Positions 12,859 through 25,065 of a DNA stretch of 64,000 nt are shown piece by piece; the stretch's first letter is position 1, and each line of letters opens with the position of its first letter. This DNA is from Lophium mytilinum (lineage: Eukaryota): positions 380,882 to 444,881 of the forward strand of contig MU004192.1 of NCBI GenBank assembly GCA_010093605.1, written 5' to 3'. The position numbers and the translations under genes were made by a program. The notes beneath the pieces are model-generated. The model was not told the origin of the DNA and searched no databases. It worked only from the letters and a program-made list of their open reading frames with translations.

Positions 12859-13578
12859 ATGTCCGCCCTTCCTCTCACACGGCCAATGCGGCCACTATCC
12901 ACAAAATCCGCCCCCCTCTTCCTCCCACACCTCACAACGCGCCACGCCTCCTCCACCCGACGGCACAAAAAACTCAACATCATCTCCCCAGCGCCCTCCT
13001 ACAACCTCTCCGCCGCCCCAAACAGCACCACCCACAGCCGGAGCGCGAAACCGTCCCCTCGCGCGCCCTCCGCTACCCACATAATCTTCAACCCGCCCTC
13101 CGCCGCCCCCTCGCCGACAATCACGCCGCCCAAATTCCTCCCAGCGTCTGACCCCCGCCGCGCGCTCTACTCCTCCTTTACCGCCGCGTCAACGAGGTCG
13201 GCACTCCAATCGCGGACGCCCCTCATCGCGGCTACTGGGACAAGTTTGTCGAGTCCGAGTCTGCTGCCAGCACGACCGAGTGCGAATTTACCTCCCCCAG
13301 TCCGCGGGAGTGGGACGTATGAGAAAAAGTATCATCTCACCGATGCCGATATTGCGGAGATCAGGAAGTTAAGGACGGAGGACCCGTATACGTGGACGAG
13401 ATGGCGGTTGGCGGAGAAGTTTGGGTGCTCGCAGTTTTTTGTGTCGTTGGTTGTGAAGGCGCCGGAGAAGGCGGCGGAGGTGGAGGCGAGCCATCAGGCG
13501 GCGAGGGATAGGTGGGGGAATCGGAAGAGGATGGCGGATGAGGATCGGAAGAGGAGGGTGGCGAGTTGGGGGAGATGA
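12859..13578 (+). CDS. MRPL20: Mitochondrial large ribosomal subunit protein MRPL20 (mL58)
   Basis: Arg/Ser-rich presequence MSALPLTRPMRPLSTK, then IFNPPSAAPSP..TPPKFLPASDPRR and KKYHLTDADIAEIRKLR..DP..WTR..LAEKFGCSQFFV motifs. Intronless. Confidence 0.85.
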   Translation: MSALPLTRPMRPLSTKSAPLFLPHLTTRHASSTRRHKKLNIISPAPSYNLSAAPNSTTHSRSAKPSPRAPSATHIIFNPPSAAPSPTITPPKFLPASDPRRALYSSFTAASTRSALQSRTPLIAATGTSLSSPSLLPARPSANLPPPVRGSGTYEKKYHLTDADIAEIRKLRTEDPYTWTRWRLAEKFGCSQFFVSLVVKAPEKAAEVEASHQAARDRWGNRKRMADEDRKRRVASWGR

Positions 13579-14812
13579 TTGGGTAGAGGCTTGGTGGTGG
13601 TATATTGGACTTTGTGCATAGAGGCGTGTGTCGATGAGGTGGGAGGCATGCTGCGACGAGTCAAGACTTAGATGTGGAAGATGAGTTGCATTGTATATCA
13701 TTTGTGGAAGGGGTGGTCATGGTACAGTACGTGTATGATACGTGGGTGGATACCCACAATGAGTGGCATGGCGGGAGCATCAGAAGCGTTTGCTGTAAAA
13801 ATCTATCACATCACACAAACACGCTTTTTTCACATCATATCAGATATAGGAACGCATTGGATCGGCTGTTGTCTATTCAAAGTAACCACAAATCGTCCCT
13901 TTCGCGCACTCTCCGCACCTATCAAATCAACTCGTACGCGGTCGGATCGGTGAATACTTCGAACAAAACCAACTAGCTGTCTCTCTGAAGCTTCCCCCAA
14001 TACATACTCCTTCCATCAACCTGATTTCAAGCCCCGCGAAATTGTGAATAGACATAACCACGCCGCGCCCACATGGCGTGCTCTCAGCGTCATATATGAA
14101 ATCTCAAGCGGTTAGATCCGTGAATATTTGTAATCAAATGAGCCAGTCTTCTAGGCGGAGGGTCTTAATGCTTGAATTGCATGCTGATTCTATTAGCCTA
14201 AAATGTGGCCCTTGCTTAAGGGACGAAAAGGAACAACGTGTGGGGTACGCAGCGAGGACGTTGCGTCTGCTGAAATAATCTTGTGTGGTTCGTTTGGGAA
14301 TATCTTTTAGTAAAAGGCTACGAGGTACAGCGGAGCATGTCAGTGGTTTGAGATTCGGGGTTTGATGAAGACCAGATTTAGGAGCTGCAGTAATGCGGGT
14401 TTTGTAGGAGGCTTCGGATTGTGGTTTGGAGTTTGGGGTAGGAGAGGTATAGTAACGGGGGTATGTCAGGTGATAGCTTGGCTGTGCAGATGTTCCGTTC
14501 GGAAATGTCTCGTGAGACTGTGACCTACCATGGATCATGTTTAGGGTATATATCCTGCGTCTTTGAACCGAGGTGCCAGAGAACCCCTAAAGTAGTACGA
14601 CGCATTCCAATGGGCGACACCCAAAGAATCTAGTATCACTCCAGGATGGCACGAAAGATTGGCAGGAGTCCTCTGGATTTCGACCAAGCATTGTCTATTC
14701 CTCGAGGCATATAGTACAACCCCACCACCTCATTCCACTCCCAGTCATCCCTCCATCTTCCTGCGATGATGCTGTACAGAGACCGCCACCTAGGCTTCAA
14801 CCGAGGAATGCC

Positions 14813-15249
14813 TTATTTCTGGCCGAGCGCGGCAGCCCGCTCATCCTCGATCTTCTGGTAGAAAGCGTCTCGGTGACGAACGGCCGGAACGTGGTAGCCT
14901 TAAAGAAGTGAGTTACGTGTTCGGGAGATCGTGTGGAGAGGATATCTAGGCTCTCTTAAGCCTGTCGAGTACGTACCGTACCACCAGAAAGAGCCCGCAG
15001 TCAATCCGATACCTGGTGAGGGGTTAGCAAGCACGCTTACGACTTGACCGCACATAATGAGGGCGCAAACAAGGGAACCATATTGCTTAGAGTTGAGTTG
15101 AAAGAGTACTGACCAGTCGCAACAGAGAGGTCGAGCACAACGCCCCGACGGAGCATCTGTGAAAGGACTCAGATTAGCTTCCCGAGCTCCCCGCTGCGGT
15201 CGCGCAGCCCAATTGGAATACATACTCCGGTGATTGGCTTAATGGCCAT
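14813..15249 (-). CDS. COX9: Cytochrome c oxidase subunit 9 (VIIa), 62 aa, 4 exons
   Basis: Splicing at 15157-15225, 15013-15113 and 14899-14976 gives MAIKPITGMLRRGVVLDLSVATGIGLTAGSFWWYGYHVPAVRHRDAFYQKIEDERAAALGQK*, the characteristic fungal Cox9 sequence. It is missed by the ORF track. Confidence 0.9.
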
Positions 15250-15564
15250 TGTGAGTGTTTGCGTGAGTGAGAGAAGGCGGCGTGGGTGGTGGTTTGGGGT
15301 GTCGAGGTGAAGTTGAAGCTGTAGAGGAGAGAGCCCTGAAGTGGTGTGAGGGATCCGGCAAATTCCGAGGCAGCCTCGCCAAGACCGCCCGAGCTGCCGG
15401 CTCATTCATCGCCCCAGCTCCATAGACCTCCACCAGACCTTCGTTCCTCTTCACGTCACGGCGATTGCGACCACCTGCTCCATTCTCTCGCCGAATCTGT
15501 CGCGCAGATCGAGTCGCGAACTTACTTACAACGAAGACATCGTCGACGGCCTTTCACTAAGCAA

Positions 15565-16617
15565 ATGGCTGGAATCAGAACCCAGGCCGCAGACCAACAC
15601 CACGCGCATCCCGCCATGAACTCGAAACGACCTCGACCCGCCGACGATGCGGACGACAATGTCCTGCCAGCAGGGAAGAGGACCAAGATCATCCATCACA
15701 AGCTCAGGCATACCCAGCCCTCCCATGTCGATCCCATGCTCGCGATTCAGGATGAGGTCTTCTTTCAGAGCCAGCTGCTGCGCGCAATCGCGATCCAACT
15801 CGGTGCGGCAGGATTTGACAGCGCAACCCCGTCAGCGATGGAAGGTCTTCGGGCCCAAACTGAAGAATGTGCGTAGCTGGGTCTTCCATTCGTTTCATCA
15901 TCCGGTTCGCATGTTCTAACTTTTGCAGTTATACGCCAATTCCTGAGGAGCGTGAAACAATCAATGGAGTCATGCCGCCGAAGCGATGCGATTCCCCAAG
16001 ATTTCATCCACGCACTCACACACGCCGGCATCACGCCTGCCGACCTCATCGCCCACCTTGACCAGCCCTTCCCAGCGGCCGTGGTGCAACCACCCATACC
16101 CGCGCCCGAGCCGCAGGAGCCAGCACCACCAGATCTTGAGGGCATGCTGGGCCCTGAACTATCTGGCGCAAAAGAAAAACAGGCACGGAAGTGGATCCCG
16201 AAACACTTCCCTAACTTTCCCAGCAAACACACGTACACATCCACACCCGTATTCAGCGAGCGCATAAAGGATCCAGGCAAGATTCGAGAACATTCAATAC
16301 AGGAGGGCATATTAGCAGAGAAAGCACTACGCAAGCTCATGGCGGCAGAAAAGATGGGCGCGCAGAAGAAAGGAGCGAAACAGAGACAGGGTACACAGCG
16401 GCAGCGGAGCGACGAGATGTGGCTTGAGGCAATGAAAGTGTTGCAAGAAGATGAGGATAATGCGGCGAGGAACACGCGGAATGAAGAGTTTGACGATTTC
16501 AGTGGGGTAAGAGAGACTCAGTTCGAGTCGCAGAAGTCTACCCGGAAGGAGATCTTTGAGGGGATGCAGGTCAATTACGATAAAAAGTTTTGGAGGAAAG
16601 CCGCAGCGAAAACTTGA
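15565..16617 (+). CDS. TAF8: TFIID subunit TAF8-like (bromodomain-associated histone fold plus TAF8 C-terminal domain)
   Basis: LRAIAIQLGAAGFDSATPSAME...SMESCRRSDAIPQDF histone fold and WIPKHFPNFPSKHTYTSTPVF...IRE...EGILAEKALRKL motif. One intron at 15869-15928. The start could instead be ATG 15616. Confidence 0.8.
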
Positions 16618-16934
16618 GAAGCTTGTGTCTCTTTACTTGGCGAGATTCGACCGATACCATTTTGCAGCGAGGCGTTTTGGATAGGAAGACCTCGAGAGGG
16701 TCTCAGGGCATGATCATTATCAGCATGGAGCAGCGGAGTTTATTGTACTTTCTGATGTTTCTACACTGCCTGCATACGACGCAAGCGCTTTCTAGCATAG
16801 CTTACTATGAAGCCGGGTTGGCTGCAGTAGGCTGTGAAAAATAGTTGGTCTTCAACCAACGCTAGCATATATATATTACAAGGCATAATAAATTACCACT
16901 CAAGCTTCTCATCTGCACACCATATAGTGAACGC

Positions 16935-17260
16935 TTAATTCCCCTCGTCATCCTCCCAAGCTGTCGTCTCCACCGTCAGTCCATCCGCGCATCTATCCGC
17001 TGAGTTAGTCTTGGCGCCTTACATCCCATCTGCGGGCAACACGCTCACCTCCGAAACGACCGCACTAGTGGATTGCACTGCACATACACGGCCCTCGGAT
17101 CCTTCTTGTAATCTCCCTTGTGCGTGCAGTGGTACTGGACCATCTCCAGCAGCTTGCACGTGCGCAGATCGACGCCGGGCTTGCGCCGCTTTCCGGAGGC
17201 TGTGTATTGCACTTTCTCCGCGAGGTCGTTGGAGCTGAAGATCTCAATCGGAGGAGCCAT
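16935..17260 (-). CDS. SOM1: Mitochondrial inner membrane peptidase subunit Som1
   Basis: MAPPIEIF...C.L.EMVQYHC...VQCNPLVRSFRRC...TVETTAWE, the Som1 family signature. One intron at 16993-17048. Confidence 0.8.
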
Positions 17261-17352
17261 TGCGGAGCATACGTTGTCTCGAACGACGAGGAGATGGGAT
17301 GGAGATGAAAGGAGGATCGTTGAAGAGATAGGGCTTTATTACGAGGAGCGAG

Positions 17353-18484
17353 ATGAGTGCGGAAGAGTTGGGAAGGAGGGTGTTGAGGGAGGTTGAAGAG
17401 TGTGGGTTGGATGAGGTGAGGAGGGTTTATATCGCGCCATGAAAGAGTTGCGACTGACGATATATAGCTCATCAAAGACCTCTGGAAGACGAGGAACGCA
17501 GGGCAGTCGACGCATTTCGCGATTCCGGAGCTTGATCGACTCTTTCCTGTTGTTGAACAGCCGCCCGCATTGGCATTACCGCAGCCAGAAACTCTCTCTT
17601 CGTCACCATCGCTTCCTGAGCAGACGACGGCTGTGAAGAAACCAGCGCAGAAAATGCCAATGATAGAGCTCATTTCCTCTGGTCCTGGTGCTGGGAAAAC
17701 AAGTCTGATTTACTATATCATTGCCGTCGCTATCCTCCCAGCTACCTACTCCAGCACCCCCATTGGCGGCCAAAGCAGCGCTGTGGTTGTTCTTGACGCC
17801 GACAACCGCTTCAGAGTCGAAAGACTCGTCGAAGTGATGGCGTCGTATATTTCATCTCGTCTCGCAGCAGCTGGAATTCCCCAACAGCAGAAGACGGATG
17901 GCATGCGCGACCTCATCCACGCCTGTCTCGCTCACGTCCATATCTTCCGTTTGCAGTCTATGCGGTCGCTACTAGCTACACTGAAGAGCTTACCAGAATA
18001 TCTAGAGAGTCGCACCGCTCACCGATCCGCCCATCGTCGTCTACACTCCATCTTCCTTGATTCGGCATCAGCGTTCTTCTGGCAGACGCGTGCAGCAGAA
18101 GAGAACGGGACTTCTCCAGTCACTGCAACGGAGACATATGCCCTCCTAGTCCGAGAACTGGCCACTCTATCTCAGCGTTTCTGTTGCGCTGTGGTGGCAT
18201 CGGCATGGGATGTCGGCGCTGGCCAGCTCTTCACGCAGAGACTGAGGGCTAGTTTACCGATGAGCTGGTCCAACTTTCCAACTTTGAGGCTGGCGCTGCG
18301 ACGAGTGCCCGTGCCGCGATTCACTATAGGGATGAGTGTGCATGAGGCTAAAGCGGAGAAGGAGATGAGGTGGGGAGTTGTGAGTAGAGGACGGTGTGAA
18401 GCGTGGGTGCTTGGGGGAAGCGGACGAGAGGGGTTCTTCTTTCGGGTTGGGAGGGGCGTAGAGATTGAGGAAGAGGATGGTTAG
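17353..18484 (+). CDS. Rad51 paralogue, XRCC2-like RecA-fold protein
   Basis: Exon 1 MSAEELGRRVLREVEECGLDE, intron 17416-17467, then IELISSGPGAGKT (Walker A), VVVLDADNRFRVERL, LAHVHIFR and IFLDSASAFFW (Walker B). Confidence 0.75.
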
Positions 18485-18938
18485 GGATCTTATTGTATAT
18501 ATTCGTGATTTAGGTCACATATATGCACTGGGATATCAAAAGCCATAAAGTAGCTCCCCTTCAAAAAATGGGGCTATCAAACGCCATGAGCTACCACATA
18601 CACTCTGTGAGTCTAACGCATGCTTGTTGCTATATTATTACGAAAGCAATCTCTTTACATCCATTTTTAGACACTATAGATTATATAAATGCTTCTCCGT
18701 TACGAAGTCTACTCATCATGCTTTATCTATGATTAGAGCATTTCATCTTAGCTCTACGGAATACATAGAATTATATCTATGCACAAAAGTGACTCAACGC
18801 GAAGTTTCAATGGGTTCGTCTAATATTTAGCAGTCTCCTGACGTACAATACAATGGTCGATGTCCAAACCCGGCAGGCCGGTGGTAAGCGACGCAGCTCT
18901 CCGACCAAGGACACCCCTCCGTGCCCTCTTCTACAAAC

Positions 18939-20626
18939 ATGCCCCACCTTCGTCTCCGCCGCCTCACCTCAAGGTCACCTTCCTATTCAACTATTCCCTC
19001 ACGAGCTGTGCAAATCTTTCCTCGCGCTATTAAAACGTGTCCCGTTGTCAGAGGCCCTTCAAGAACTTTCTACCATTTTGCACCTCGACGCAAAGAAGAT
19101 CGCATTTGGCCCTACCTATACAGCGAACGCAACGACACGATGGCGCCGGAGTTAGACTCATACTTCAAGACCGTAGACGACCTATCCGATGCCTTCATTG
19201 AGAGGCTTCGCAAGGCCGTTGCCATCCCTAGCATAAGTGCAGAGGATGACAGGCGGCCAGATGTCATTAGGGCATGCAAAGATCCAGTCTGAGCCACGCA
19301 GCATCCAGACTAATAGTACTACAGATGGGCAAATTCCTCGCCTCGGAATTGACAGCACTCGGCGCGGAGGTTGAGCTTCGAGAACTGGGAAAGCAACCGC
19401 ATAAGGAGCATCTCGACCTACCACCCGTCGTCGTCGCGCGCTACGGAAACGACTCGAAGAAACGCACCATCCTCGTCTACGGTCACTACGATGTACAGCC
19501 CGCTGGAATGGAGGATGGCTGGGCGACGGAGCCGTTCACGCTCACGGTAGATGACAAAGGACGAATGTACGGCCGTGGCAGCACAGATGACAAGGGACCA
19601 GTGTTGGGCTGGTTGAACTCCATCGAAGCTCACCAGAAGGCCGGAATTGAATACCCTGTCAACCTCCTGATGTGCTTTGAGGGCATGGAGGAGTATGGCT
19701 CAGAGGGTCTGGACGACTTCATCAACGCTGAGGCGAAGAAGTACTTCAAGGACGCCGACGCTGTCTGCATCTCGGACAACTACTGGCTCGGCACCGAGAA
19801 GCCCTGCCTGACCTACGGCCTGCGCGGCTGCAACTACTACTCCATCGAGATCTCTGGACCCGGCCAGGACCTGCACAGCGGTGTCTTTGGCGGAACAGCA
19901 CAGGAACCTATGACCGACCTCGTAAACGTCATGAACACGCTAGTGAACAAGGACGGCAAGATCCAGATCAAGGGTATTGACGAGCTCGTCGCCCCGCTCA
20001 CTGACGACGAAAAAGCCCTCTACGGCGACATCGCCTTCACAATGGACAATCTATACGAGTCGCTCGGCAGCACAACGGGAATCTACCCAGATAAGGAGAG
20101 CACCCTGATGGGTCGCTGGCGCTACCCTTCGCTCTCCCTCCACGGCATCGAAGGCGCATACTCCGCCCCTGGAGCGAAGACCGTCATTCCCGCCAAGGTC
20201 ATTGGCAAGTTTAGCATCCGCACCGTCCCAGACATGGAGATCGACGCCGTCAACGAGCTCGTCTACAAGCACGTCAAGGACGCATTCGCAGCTATCGGCT
20301 CGAAGAACAAGCTCAACGTCTTTTGCCAGCATGCGGGCAAGTGGTGGGTCGCGAGCCCCAAGCACTGGAACTTTACAGCAGCCGGCAAGGCGGTCGAGCA
20401 CGTGTGGGGAGTGAAGCCAGATCTGACACGCGAGGGCGGCAGTATCCCGGTCACATTGACTTTCGAGCAGGCGACTGGCAAGAACGTACTTCTGTTGCCC
20501 ATGGGCAGCTCGACGGATGCGGCGCACAGCATTAACGAGAAGTTGGACAAGAAGAACTACATTGAGGGTATCAAGCTATTGGGCGCTTACCTTCACTATG
20601 TGGCTGAAGAACCCATGACTTCGTAG
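18939..20626 (+). CDS. DUG1: Cys-Gly metallodipeptidase (M20, CNDP2-like); cytosolic start at ATG 19140, upstream in-frame ATG at 18939
   Basis: YGHYDVQPA, GRGSTDDKGP, FEGMEEYGS, DLHSGVFGG, TREGGSIP and AHSINEK M20 motifs. A GC-AG intron at 19272-19324 joins RPDVIR to MGKFLASEL. Confidence 0.9.
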
Positions 20627-21632
20627 ATGGACCAAGAGGTTTGAGACATCCTAATGACGACTGTTACTACGACAAGTGCTAGGCTTCCTACAACCGAGAT
20701 GGCGCCAATACAACATCATGAGGAGTCTTTCATTAGATTCTAGAGATGACAACGAAGGCTAGTGGATGTTTTGTAGCGTGGCCGGAAGCAAGAGTATTTG
20801 AGCCTGGTAGATATTCGGTCTGTAGGAATGAAAGTCTCTTCTGAAACCAATGTCTATTTTCCAATCATGTTATGATTTTGCGTTGTTTGAACTCTTTTAG
20901 CCACTGAGGCTCCTCGTTGCCAACTTCTATCACAAGTATACCCCGATTCGACCGCGGAAATGCTTTTTTCGCAGACGTGGTGTGGACATTGCGTATACCC
21001 GATGTGGTCACCTTTTGCCAGTAAATAAAGACCCTTGCCTTGGTTAAAGTGTCTCTCTTATACACATGTCAATGGGCGCTGACAGCCATTAACCTTCTGC
21101 ATCGTTGTTAGCTACTCACCGTTTACACCTATCCGACAGTTAAAAAAAGAAACGCGAACGCGGTATGCGGACACCATGTACCCAATGTAGCGCGACTATT
21201 TCGACTGTCTTGAATACTTACCTGAGTGCGAGATCACGGTACCGTTGGTTGGTGTCGTGGCGGGGGCGCACCCTGCTAGTGATGGTTCGAATTTGTCCGG
21301 GGGGACTACGGTTTGAATGGGGACCTCCCTTGAAAAAGGGCATGTATGAAGTATTGAGCGATATGGCGACCTTTGTACGACCGTATCTCCTCTTCAAAGT
21401 CATACTCTTTTCAATTCATTCCGCTCGTTCATTTTTCCCGTCGTCAACACTCATCTCTGGTTCAAGCCTTTATATGAGAACCATATCGGCTGTCTTCTAC
21501 ACCTCCAAGACTTGCCTAAGTGGGAGGTGCCAGTACCACGCGTAGTTCATGGGTTGGTGCTGTAGCCGTGCCAAGCGGGCGGCCTCCGAAGGGATGACTT
21601 GAGGGAGGTGCCTACGGACTAATAAAATATCC

Positions 21633-22090
21633 AGACGCGGAGGGCACGCGATGTGCTAGTTTAGTAGCTACTTTTTTAACCGTTTGCGCGACCCTCTAAA
21701 TCGGGCCCATAGACTTAGGTGTAGAAAAGGTCGCTGGGGTGCGTTGGTGGAAATTCTGCCCCTTCTAGTTACAAAGAGTCACATTTCTAACCGCGTGAAT
21801 CGATTTTTAGTAGACGCAGAGGGCCTTTCTTATTGATTTTCCCTAACGCTCTAAATCGGGATCGTGGCACAAGGTTCGGAGGAGGTCTTCGGGGCACCTC
21901 TTGCCTCTTCTAGTCACACGAAGTCACATTTCTAACCGCATATATCGATTTTTTAGGAGACGCGAAGAGCCTGCGGCGCGCACCGATTATATGAGTGTTT
22001 CTTAATTTTTTTCCGCGACCCCCTAAATCGGGCTTGCGGCATTAGGTTCGAAGGACGTAGTCGGGGCAGCTCGTGCCTTCTTCAGTTTGA
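21633..22090. repeat. Three diverged tandem units of ~155-172 bp
   Basis: CTAAATCGGG at 21696, 21851 and 22023; AGTCACATTTCTAACCGC at 21777 and 21922; AGACGC-R-RAG-R-GC-like block at 21633, 21812 and 21958; AGGTTCG..GGA and TCGGGGCA.CTC in units 2 and 3. Confidence 0.8.
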
Positions 22091-24048
22091 AAGGATCATG
22101 TGTGTAACATGTTGGACTTCTTCACAGGCCTTTCATATTTTCACATCTTTTTCGTCCGCTCGTCGTTTTCTTCTATGGTAGTCTATCTTTAGGCCCAACT
22201 CCTAAGAACGAGTATATACAGTCGCGTCCTGCCCATATTTTACTTCTCATCCTCTTTTTACCTACGTCAAAATGATCCTAGAAAGGAGAACTACGTCATC
22301 TGTTCTCTACACTTCTAATACTTGCCTCAACGAGGGATGCTGGTACCGTGGTTCATAGCTCAGTGTCTTGGCCGTGTAAAGCGGGCAATCTCCGATGGTG
22401 GTCATGTCAGGGAGGAAATCCACAGGTTATTCAATTAGTGGTCAAAAGGAGACACTCTTTAGGCGCCTTTATTCCAATTCCCGCTGAGCTCTTCTATGCT
22501 ACACACTTATTTCACAGTCCGCGACTGAAACAGTGTATCCATGCAGTGTAATTGCCCTTCAGAATAGGGATTGCACCCAGCGCCGCATTCAGCAAGAGAA
22601 CATCACATTTCATCTGCGTTTCTCTGTAATTCATTTATATTTATTATTTGACTGTAGCTAGGCAAGGTAATCCACGTAGAGGGGCCTCACTCGGTGCTTT
22701 ATTTGCAAAGAGTCACAGATCGAACCGTGTGAGATCTGATTTCGTCGACGTTGCGTGCAAGAAGCTCCTACCCCACCCATACGATAAGTCTGACGCCTAC
22801 AGTACTGAATCACAAGTTTGGACCTGTCGTCTGTGCCGTTCCTTTCACCTAAAGAGCGAGTAAGTAGGCTGACTGGAAGAGGGTGAAACTCTTCGTTTCA
22901 AGCTTTTAGGGATGTTATTCCGGATGAGGACTTTTCGATGCGCTGAAGCATTTTCAATAGTAGTGACAGCAATAGCTCATACTCCTGGCAATCCTTTTGG
23001 ATGTTTACCTAGGAGTGGGGTGTATTGACCGCCGCCGAAGCTAGTCGGAGATGTGCGACTGGCAGACGCGATTTCCCTTTCAGGATGAAAGAAGGGATTC
23101 GTAGAGAATGGGATCGGAAGAACTCGGACAAGATTTTGGGATCGAATGGGGATCTGATCGGATGTATCCAAACAGTGCAGCATGCGCTCGAGATTCTGAA
23201 GCTAAACTAATTCAACTTATGCAAGCAGGAATACTAGTTTTGCGAACCTTTTCACAAGGACCTTGCTTAGGCTTATAGTATTATTGACGATGAATCCAGA
23301 TTCCTCAAGTTCCAGCGTCGCGTGTGTCGACTTCGCAATCTCCAAAATAAAAGAAGAGAAAATAAAGAAGAAGTTTGGTTATGTTTCAGAGAAGTATTAA
23401 AAAACAGCACATCATTGGAGGTCAACTAGCGAATCACTCGGAGGCTTGGTCAAAACAGAGTACGCACCTACACCAGGGAGCGCTTAGCGACGCCGCCCTT
23501 CCCCGCAAAATCCAGGGCGCACTGCTCTGCATACAGTACATGCATATTCCCTGGCGAGAATGTTTCATTTTAGCCTCACGGACATACGCCGCCTTGTTTC
23601 CAGCAATAGGAAGGCGTTCCGAGCAAGTCCCTTGATTCGCATCCTCAACCACAGGCCTGGAGATTCTTCTTCCGACATAATTCGGAAGAAATGGATAACC
23701 AAGTTTGTCTACTTTTTTTCCGTGGGTGTTCATTTTCGCGAGCATCCAGCAAAAACGGAGAAGAATCAATGCGTATTCTTCCCAGTCTACTATAAATGAA
23801 ATCAGAGGTTTTCGCTCTAACGTAGCGGTTTTATGGATTCTAGGAAGGATCTTCAGTTCTTACTGATTCGCAATCAATTTCGATTCGGAGGGGAGATGAA
23901 GAATCGTACCTTGATGAAACTGCTACTTCCTACGTGGATGCAGAAAATACATATAAGATACATGTACCTGCTAGAGCATCTTGAGACATCAACTCCTCTC
24001 CTGTCACCCCGAAAACGTGTTCGAGTTGTCTCTCAGACGTCCTCGACC

Positions 24049-25065
24049 TTGACCACCAAAGCTATTTTTGTAGCTTCCTGGTTCTGCATCGCAACCGCAG
24101 CGACCACCAACACGAACCTCCAATCCACATTTCCTGCGTCTTCGGGGACCACGAATCTCGCTGCAGTCAAGACCATCGCGGCTAGCGCCACCTTTGACGG
24201 AGGAATGCTGCAGTGGGTACGCCATGCTCAGACTCGCTATTACATCTCGCTGACAGCTCTTGACAGCAAGCACATGCAACGAGCAAGCTGAGGGGGGCGA
24301 TTCCGACGCAGTGTTTCTCTTGCAAGACGGTGCTGTGCTCTCGAACGTCGTCATTGGGCCGAACAACGGCGAAGGTCCGCAGCCACTTCCCATCCACAGC
24401 CAGTGTGCCAGTATTGATATAGCCATCAGGCATCCATTGTCTAGGCTCCTGCACTCTTAATAATGTATGGTGGACCGATTTATGCGAGGATGCAGCTACG
24501 TTCAAGCAGAGCTCGGGGACGTCGTATGTAAATGGAGGTGGAGCGCGGAATGCGGAGGATATAGTACTGCAGCACAACGGTGGTGGAATGGTAGCGGTGA
24601 AGAACTTCTATGTGAGACCCCTATTTTCAGACTCTTAGCAGGCCATCAAGATGAGAACTAAGATAGGGAGAGGAATTGAACGAAACCAAAGATAGCAGTG
24701 CTGATACAAGATAGGCAGAGAATATAGGCAAAGTGTACAGGAGTTGCGGGAATTGCGACACCAGCATGCAAGAACTTCCACCTTCACGAATATTAAGGTC
24801 GATGGAGCGGATGTTGTCGCGGGCGTAAATGGCAATGAGGGAGGTGAGTCGAGGAGAACTTCTTGTTGATCCTAGTCTTATCAGTGGTGGGATGTGTACT
24901 TATTCATGAGCAGATACAACCACCATTTCCAATTCTTGCATACTCGACAGCTCCATTTGCTGGCTTTACAAAGGAGTCGACGATGAGTCGGAACCCACCA
25001 AGACAGCTAGTGGGCCGGATGGAACTGTGTGCGCTACTAGTTCTATCAAGACAAGTGGGTGCTAG
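24049..25065 (+). pseudogene. Pectate lyase (PL3) pseudogene
   Basis: TFDGGM, TCNEQAEGGDSDAVFLLQDGAVLSNVVIG, IHCLGSCTLNNVWWTDLCEDAATFK, VLQHNGGG and GKVYRSCGNC motifs. The signal peptide begins with TTG instead of ATG, a 1-nt deletion near 24761 (GAC ACC AGC ATG) shifts the frame to a stop, and the intron 2 phases are incompatible. Confidence 0.8.

Noticed and set aside
21051..21069. Resemblance to the Tn5/Nextera mosaic end (14-bp exact core TCTCTTATACACAT)
   Set aside because: Only 16/19 match, and no adapter sequence follows. An adapter artefact should be exact.
21214..21330. U1 snRNA-like motifs (ATACTTACCTG, GATCACG, AATTTGT, GGGGGACT)
   Set aside because: The spacing is far too short, there is no stem I pairing and no ATTGCAC loop II. 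ATACTTACCTG is better explained as a minus-strand 5' splice site (CAG|GTAAGTAT) with a matching branch point and acceptor near 21097-21112. An Infernal search with the U1 model would settle it.
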